Positions 56,964-64,000 of a stretch of DNA of 64,000 bases are shown one piece after another. How positions within the stretch are numbered: the first letter of the stretch is position 1; every line of letters starts with the position of its first letter. Location of the stretch: IMG/VR virus record IMGVR_UViG_3300036668_000172, positions 1 to 64,000 of that record. One strand, 5' to 3'. The stretch is from a virus. The translations under genes and the position numbers were made by a program. A model generated the notes under the pieces. The model did no database searches. It was given only the letters and a program-made list of their open reading frames with translations, and was not told the DNA's origin.

Positions 56964-59900
56964 TACTTGTTACGTCCTGCTGCAAAGTGAGCTCCTAAAG
57001 GACTTCTTGCAAAATCTTTAACAAAAGACTTGGATGGAGAACTAGGTAGTGGGGTCTGCCTTTTTTCAAGGGGTTCATCCATGTAGCTGGTGCCTTCGCC
57101 TCTAGGCAAAAGGTGTCCATAATTCTCGGTGATGTGGCTCTCTGGGTCGTTAATCCCCATCTTCTCTGACATGTACTTCATCGGAGAACGCTGAGCTGCA
57201 GAACCCTCGAAAGGCTTCATCTGGCCAGACTTTACGTCTTTTATAGGGTTAGAGTTATAATGCTTTTGCGTGACTTGACGAGCTATTCTATTTACATCTG
57301 CGGACGCACGCGGGGTTGCCTTCTTGGGAACAATTAGTCCAGAAATCTCTTGCTGGTTGCTGATGTCCTCTGGGGTTGAAGCTCCACCTCTTGCTGAGGC
57401 ACGGGCCGTCATCGCTGCGCCTCTGGGTCCTGGTGAATCTTTTGTTCCACCGTCTTTTGCCCCTAAAGCTTGAGACATACCCTGCAAGTGGTCACTGTGA
57501 GCTGCAACTCTTTGTACACCTAGCGAACTTCTTACAGAACGTTCAGTCATTGAACGAATGTCTTCTGGGTGTAATTCAGGGTTATTCTTGGCATGACCTT
57601 CAAATAGCTTAGTAACAGTAGAATGCTCTGAGTCAGTCTGCTTTTGTGCTCTTTCTTGCGGGCTTGCCTTCTGTGCAACTACTGCTGGTGGGACATAATT
57701 AGGGTTGGGCTCATCACCATCTCTTACTAGCCCAATTCCAGAAACAGCCTTAATCCTCATCTGAGTTGGGGGCTCAGGGTTTACGCCAGGAGGCTTCATT
57801 TGCTTACTGATAGGTAATTGAGGCTGAGGTAGCGTCGTCTTTGATGGAGTAGCAGACCTTAGTTTACGCATTGCCAAATCATCTTGATTAGCGTACTCAG
57901 CTGACTTAGTCGCTGCTCTTTCATAAACTTTGTATGGGTGCGTAGTCTGGGCAGGCTTAGGCGACTCTCCTGGTAAAGGCTCTGCGTTATAAACTGGTTT
58001 TGGTTGTTCACTTAGGTCATAGTTAGACATTATTTAGCACTTCCTGTACCGAACTCGCCAGTTCTCTTCCCTGTAGGCTTTCCAGGCTTTTCTTCGTAAG
58101 CCTCACGTGCGATGTTTGCAGCTTGGTCTGCTAGGCCTTTTTGACCGCCAGCCGCTCTGCGGCCCTCTCCCTCTTCGCCCATTAGTCGAAGTCGGTGAGC
58201 TATAACGTTACTCTGACTTGGTACGCCAACTTTATTGGCAATTCCATAGCCGATAGGGTCTTTGCTTGCGCTGCTTGCGTGCCAAGATTTACCTGGATTG
58301 TTGTACTCATAGTGCAGCTTAGAGGAGTTGGCAACGTCATTAAACCCTGTAATACCTACGCCAGCGTAAGAATTCTTTGAAGTCTTGGCCTTTCCTGCGA
58401 CTCCGCCTTCCATGACAGAAGCTCGGGTTCTTTCAACTTGCTCAAGTGTTGGGGTAGTTCCTCCCGTGGAAGCACGAGTAGTCATCTTGTTAACGGCTAG
58501 CTGTGCTTTTACCTCAGGAGCGACGGGACGCTTTGCAAATCCTCTAGTCTCTGCTACCTTGTTGCCTGCAGCACTCATTGGGGCTAGGGAGTTTGTATTT
58601 ATAGGCTTATCTGCTAGAACACCGTTAGGAACTGTGAGCCGAGACTTCTCTGCTGCGCCTTTTAGGTGCTGGGTATACCCCGAAACTAATCCTTGGCGTT
58701 GGGAATCTCCAAGCATGGTGTCAGTCCAGTGCTTGTCGTTACCTATCTTCTGAGCCATTTTGCTCATTGGGCCTAGGCCCTCTACAAGAGTCCTATGTGC
58801 GTCAGTTATGTGCTGATGGGCAGCTCGGTAAGCTGAGTCTGCAGTGTGTAATGCGGAGGCTCCGTCTGCTGTTCCTGCTTTGTGGGCAGCGAACGAGCGG
58901 TTAGTCTGGTCTTCTGCGGCGTCTAGGTGTGCCTTTACTTTAGGTGTAATACCTCTTAAAGTCTTAGACGTCACTAGTGCGTCTAGTCGTGAACGTAGTG
59001 AGGAAATGTGCTCATGCGCAGCATCGTGATAGCCTGAGTCGTGGCTAAAGGCGTTGGGATGTCTGCTTGGCTGCAGGTCTAGCTTGCCGCCGTACTCTTC
59101 ACCGTAACTTCTAGGGGTCTGCGCAGCTTGCTGCTCCTGCTTAACGGCTTGTTGTGATGAAAAGACTTCGCGACTAACTCCTTGGTTATCAGAACCGCGG
59201 TATTCTCTACCTGCCATTTTTATTTACCGCCTTTGTCTGTAATAGTCGCTTTTTCAGCAACGGTCTTACCAGCATTCAAAGCTTTTTTGCTTGCAGCTGC
59301 CTTGTCTACCTTAGGTATAATGCTCTCTGGCGCACCTCTGGACGAATCTGCGCCTGACCAGTCTCCGACCTTACTCATCTGAGTCGCAGTGTTTCCTACT
59401 GGCTCAACTGTTACGGACCTCTGCTTATCGCTAGGCCCTATAGGTCTTTCGCTCTTGCGTACTCTTGGAGTCCCTTGCATGCCCTTCTTAACGGCACGGC
59501 GCAAATCTTCTCGGGCTGTTGGTGTGCCCGTTACTCCTACTGCCTCACTGTTCTCCATGTTTCGGATAGTGAGAGCTGCTCGTTTAGTAGGAGTGGCAGT
59601 GTTTCCAATAATGACCTTCTTAGGGTCCTTCCCCTTAGCTCGGAAGGGGCTAGGGTCTGTAGTAATGTGCAATAGCTCTTCACCAGCAGAAAATTTAAGC
59701 GGGTTACCATTGACACTGTGAGTAACGCTCGTGTCCATTGACTTGGGAGAAAGTTCACCCAAGTGTTTCATGGCAGTGTTTATACCCTTACCTGCATCTT
59801 GGAGGTGTCCCCAAGCTTCAGATGTTGCTGAGGTCTTCTTAAGACGAGCTTGACCTAAGTCTCCTGAAGCGGTGTTCAGACTGTCTGCGGCTGAATTTAA

Positions 59901-60194
59901 GGATGGGTGCTGTCCTCTGGAGGACAAATCTCTATGTAATACGCTTAAGTTTTGGTGTAATACACTAGCGATGTCTAATGCGCTGTTCATTCCCACGGTT
60001 CTCTTACCTAAAACTGCGTCAGCGGACTTCAGCTGCACGTGCAGAGGAGTGTCGGGCAGCTTTGGGCGGCGATTGCCTGATGAGGACGGCTTTACGATGC
60101 CAGACTCGTCTAAGAGATTGCTTGGAACGTTAACGGGGTTATATCCGCCGCCAGCTCCTGTTGAACCCTGACCAAATTCAGTATTTCTAGCCAT
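56963..60194 (-). CDS. Three low-complexity basic proteins (56963-58030, 58030-59217, 59220-60194)
   Basis: Rich in P/S/T/A/G/K/H with few hydrophobic core residues; coupled. Confidence 0.65.
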
Positions 60195-60203
60195 TATCTA
60201 CCC

Positions 60204-61865
60204 TTAAATATCTTGCAAGCCATTGCGTGAAGAGCCTGAATAGCTCCCAACTCCACCTGAATACCAAGAAACTCGCGGCTCAGTATACACTCTGTCCACT
60301 GTCACCACATCGTCAATTCCTGGCTGGAAGCGGACCCCAAAACCAAAACGGTCTGGGAATAATCTAATCTGGGGAAGAGGAGGGCGAACCAGTTTTTGCA
60401 GCATGGCTGCGGGCATGGTTGCGGCAAGAAGTGCCTGCTGGGTTAAACGCTGTTCGTTAGATGCCCACGGGCCAGTATACGTCCATCTAGGCTGTACTAC
60501 ATCACTAGGCTCTCCACTACGCCAAGGCTTAGTGTGGTCATACACGCCATCAATTTGTTGCCCTGCTGGGACGTTAAAACCTGACATACTACTTCCAGAC
60601 TGGCTTTAGATAGGCCATTTGGTCAGCTCTGCGTATGTTTATAGTTCCTGGACTATCCGACCTCATGTTTGACTTTCCGTCATTTACAAGGTGCGGTGCA
60701 GGAGTTAGATGCCACATAGGAGCAATGCGAGGAACACGATACACCTTGGCTTCTGCATCATACTTAGCAGTCATCTGTCGTTTAATACCCATGTCAGCGT
60801 TGAATGAGGGCGACCAGAAGTAGGAATCGGCTCCGATTCGCTCACCTTTGTGGACTCCACGCTGATACGCCTTTTGATTTACACGGTTCTTGATGCTATC
60901 CAACAGGCGGTCATCACGACGCGAGCGGATAGTGCCGAGGTACCCATCTGGATATTCGGCGGACGGTACCCTACCTGTTCCGATACGGATAGCATCAAGG
61001 TCTCCGCGGGCTACTGGTGTTCCAGAACCGCCTTGGTTGTTATACCCATGAAACCCACCAGCGCCCATAGACTGCCAGTTTTGGCTGGGTGCAAAAGAGT
61101 TATAATCTCCTGGCATTAGTTACCTCCAGGATTGGATGGGTTAGCAGTACTGCTGTCACCAGCGCCATAAACGCTTCCACGGGTGCTCTTACTGTAAGAC
61201 TGAATCTTTCCTGGAGCAAGCTCACCTGTTTTGAATACGAATGAGCCAGATTGCTGGGTTTCTTTCTGGAAACCAGTCATCTGATGTGCTTGGGGAATGC
61301 CTGCAGAACCTGAGTTCTGCTTAAAGTCGTCAAAGTTAGGCCCAGACATAGAGCCTGTACGCATTTGTGCGTAGGAGTTGCTTCGGTTACCGTTCATAAC
61401 GGCTACCTCCTAGTACTGGTCGTTGACAGCGTCCATAAAGTTTGGGTTCTGGCGGCCCTGAACTGAAGGAATGGTCCTAGCGTTTGCCATAGTTGGGCCT
61501 GCAGTTGGGTCAACAGTAGGGGTGTAAGGAACTGACACTCGGTAAGAAGCGCCAAGGCGTTCTTGAGGAATGTTGGTTCTATTAGCCTTACCGCCTGCGG
61601 TTGGGTCCATTGACTGAGTGCTCTTCTTTGGAACCATGGTGCCTCTTTTAGCCATGTCCTGTACTGGTGACATTGCTTCGTCTGCTCCATCCATCATGTT
61701 ATCTCCTACTGAAACTCGGGGGCTATTCTGATTGGTAGCCATTTGATAGTGCTCTTCTGAAGTTGCGTGGGTTCTACCTGCTGTAGGGCCAGCTGCTTCA
61801 AGGTGGTTAGAGGGAGCCCCCATGCGGCGGCGCATTGCGTGTCCCATGTCAGTCCATTTAGCCAT
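60204..61865 (-). CDS. Four hypothetical proteins (60204-60587, 60589-61116, 61116-61397, 61410-61865)
   Basis: ORF track; 60589-61116 carries AEYPDGYLGTIRSRR..YQRGVHKGERI. Confidence 0.65.
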
Positions 61866-61907
61866 GACGACTCCTTAAATAAAGTGTAATACCAGAATAC
61901 GGCGTAT

Positions 61908-62210
61908 TTAGCTTGCTGTAACGGTAAAGACTATTGCGCTTATTTCGCCATCTCTGGAGTCAATAGTTGTAAATCCTGGTTTGCAGGTTAGGTCAAGACC
62001 ACGTGGTGCGGCATAGCCTCTTGCAATAGCAATGGCTTTAACGGCTTGGTTTACAGCGCCTGCGCCTACTGCGCGTATCTTTACTTGCCTAGTGTCGTAG
62101 CAAGCGTGGGCAATTGCTGACGCTACGGACTGGGGGTTTGACCCTGCAGAGACTCTTAGGAAGGGTTCTTCGGTTTTTGGTAGAACTACATTCTCGGGTG
62201 TTTCACTCAA
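61908..62210 (-). CDS. spoVS: SpoVS-family protein
   Basis: LRVSAGSNPQSVASAIA...IRAVGAGAVNQAVKAIAIARGY..P.G.DL.CKPGF. Confidence 0.9.
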   Translation of the reverse strand: MSETPENVVLPKTEEPFLRVSAGSNPQSVASAIAHACYDTRQVKIRAVGAGAVNQAVKAIAIARGYAAPRGLDLTCKPGFTTIDSRDGEISAIVFTVTAS

Positions 62211-62270
62211 TTTATGCGCCTTTGTTGTCGATTTAGTGTGCCTGCCTCAACAACAATGATGACATTAAAC

Positions 62271-62873
62271 TTACTGAGAGTCTCGGTAATCTCCGTTTAT
62301 AATCTTCTCTAATACTTCTTCTTCAACCTTGTTAATACTTATGCCAGCAGCGATTCTGGCAAGGGCGTAAGAGTCTGCGGCGTTGTCATCATTGAACTCA
62401 ATGCCCCATCTCTTATAGATTTGCATTAGCATCTCTTGTTTCTTAGCATTTCCCTTACCAGCAGCGTACTTCTTTAAAGTCATAGGGGGAATTTGTAAGG
62501 GGGTTCTGAGCGTTTCTGCAAAAGGAACAACGGAGTTTAAGTTACCGTCAAAGTAGTCCCAGATGGTGAGCTTTACCAGCCCTGCTAACTCCCCTAGCTT
62601 TAAAGCAGAGAAAGAAGCAAGCACTGTTCCCTCCATGGCAATCTCCGTTATGCGACAGTTCTGATTATCTAGAAAGTCAAATTTGTCTGACATCCAAAAA
62701 CGAATGTCGGACAATCTACGAACTCCTGAGTAAGGAGACTTATACACCCATGTCTCATAAGCTTCTGGTTTAGCTACATTCAGAGCGGTCAAGGCAAATC
62801 CAGTTAGAGACTGGTCAATTCCGATGGCCACTTCTCCTGAGAGTAGACCTCCATCAAATACTTTTTCAGACAT
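62271..62873 (-). CDS. RuvC-like Holliday junction resolvase
   Basis: IGIDQSLTG, IAMEG, PMTLKKYAAGKGNAKKQEM, DDNAADS. Confidence 0.85.
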   Translation of the reverse strand: MSEKVFDGGLLSGEVAIGIDQSLTGFALTALNVAKPEAYETWVYKSPYSGVRRLSDIRFWMSDKFDFLDNQNCRITEIAMEGTVLASFSALKLGELAGLVKLTIWDYFDGNLNSVVPFAETLRTPLQIPPMTLKKYAAGKGNAKKQEMLMQIYKRWGIEFNDDNAADSYALARIAAGISINKVEEEVLEKIINGDYRDSQ

Positions 62874-63414
62874 TAGGAACCTGTGGTATACAGCTCATGT
62901 CTTGAAGCCCTTCAAATGGAACCATGAAGTTATCTTTACCATAAGGGGCTACGAACTCGGGCTTAACACAGTCTCTGCCGTATGCCCAACCAATAGCACG
63001 AAAAGACGGAGTCTTGTAACCGTCAGAGGCAGAGCGCCTTGTCTTCATTTCGGGGCCTCCCACCATCAAGATGTACACTTGATTTGGGTCGTCTACACCC
63101 TCTTTATAGCGCAATGCGTATTTAGGAAGGTCACTCCTGGTTTTAGTAAAAGAGTAACGAATCTCGTATCCTGGAATGTCTAGCTTGCTTTTAAAGGTAT
63201 TAACGTGTGGAACAAACTCGGAAAGGCCAAACATTCTTGCTGCAGCCAGTTCAGATGCAGCTGCAATCATGTGCTGCCAAGACTCCCAGATGTCGCCCTC
63301 AGAGTAGTTTCGATTACGCTCTGGTTGACCAAGCATGGGGAGCTGACGTTCCCAGCCAACTTTAGCTGCGATTGCTTCTTCCGCAGGAGTAAGAGAGTAT
63401 ACCCATCTAGCCAT
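62866..63414 (-). CDS. Hypothetical protein, possible PD-(D/E)xK-like fold
   Basis: AASELAAA...DIPGYEIR...IGW. Confidence 0.45.
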   Translation of the reverse strand: MARWVYSLTPAEEAIAAKVGWERQLPMLGQPERNRNYSEGDIWESWQHMIAAASELAAARMFGLSEFVPHVNTFKSKLDIPGYEIRYSFTKTRSDLPKYALRYKEGVDDPNQVYILMVGGPEMKTRRSASDGYKTPSFRAIGWAYGRDCVKPEFVAPYGKDNFMVPFEGLQDMSCIPQVPNV

Positions 63415-63435
63415 TGTGCCCTCATTCTGGTTCGT

Positions 63436-63699
63436 TTATGCTGCTGCTGCTTCTTTTGCGCTGACTGAGTGAATCTGCTTAACTAAGTTATTCAAGTTAG
63501 AGTGTCGGAATCCAGACCAGTGCTGGTCTCCAGCTACTACTACTGGCGCAGAAGCATACCCGAGTCCTCTGACCATTTCCATGGCAGTCTCGTCCTTAGA
63601 TAAATCGACAACATCGTAGTTAACCATGCCTTTTGTCAACATCTTCTTGGTAACTTCGCACTGTGGACAAGAAGGGGTGGTGTAAACAGTAACCTGCAT
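63436..63699 (-). CDS. nrdH: NrdH-like glutaredoxin
   Basis: VYTTPSCPQC..TKK..LGYASAPVV..HWSGFR; RBS AGGAG gives the start at 63699. Confidence 0.9.
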   Translation of the reverse strand: MQVTVYTTPSCPQCEVTKKMLTKGMVNYDVVDLSKDETAMEMVRGLGYASAPVVVAGDQHWSGFRHSNLNNLVKQIHSVSAKEAAAA

Positions 63700-63740
63700 G
63701 GTAGGTCTCCTAGAGATATAATGGGGGGATAGAGTATCCA

Positions 63741-64000
63741 TTATACGGACCAATTGGTTCTGGTTGACCTCAAGTCATTAGACCTTCTGGTCAACTCTCT
63801 ACTAACAAGAGATAAATCTCTTTCATAATTAGAAAGCATCATTTCTACGAGCTTTCTGTACGCATATTTCTCTTCAAACTCAAGTGCCAAATCTTGTACA
63901 TCTTGGTCAATTGCAATCTGAGCTTTTACTAAAGTGATTCGCTCGCCCTTGATTGCTGTGCCCATCTTTTGTACTAGTAGCTTATTCTCAAGCAAGTCTA
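63741..64000 (-). CDS. Helical protein, possibly UvsY-like (truncated by the window edge)
   Basis: Coiled-coil ending VSRELTRR. Confidence 0.35.
   Translation of the reverse strand, partial: DLLENKLLVQKMGTAIKGERITLVKAQIAIDQDVQDLALEFEEKYAYRKLVEMMLSNYERDLSLVSRELTRRSNDLRSTRTNWSV

Noticed and set aside
737-63468. Many opposite-strand or alternate-frame ORFs in the track (for example 20269..20721, 47601..48119, 52579..53271)
   Set aside because: They are shadows of well-supported genes, lack RBSs and give no recognisable proteins.
1-64000. Stop-codon reassignment, introns or inteins
   Set aside because: Core genes (terminase, portal, capsid) are intact and of normal length in the standard code, and all three stop codons end genes.

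Overview
A 64-kb segment of a large tailed dsDNA phage with a contractile tail, most likely infecting an actinobacterium (WhiB, NrdH, r1t-type holin, M23 endolysin, TANNNT leaderless promoters). Bases 1-40485 are almost all minus-strand: tail sheath, neck proteins, collagen and Gly-rich fibres, N4-gp56-type capsid, scaffold, portal, terminase, lysis genes, tRNA-Asn and small accessory genes. A largely non-coding switch region at about 38.8-41.8 kb carries a repeated 19-bp motif. Bases 40920-52214 form an A-rich plus-strand block of small early-type genes, a MoxR-like AAA/VWA pair, a HicA-like gene and WhiB. Bases 52284-64000 are minus-strand again: TGT/DpdA-like, HAD, nucleotidyltransferase, low-complexity proteins, SpoVS, RuvC-like and NrdH. 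The most striking unexplained signal is non-coding. Three minus-strand structured RNAs (22792-22849, 35525-35596, 40209-40278) each display a pyrimidine loop resembling the 16S anti-Shine-Dalgarno; one is built on a tRNA-like scaffold and one has its own promoter. Two covarying mini-tRNA elements also sit in front of early-gene RBSs. All calls come from reading the sequence by eye; no searches or folding programs were run.
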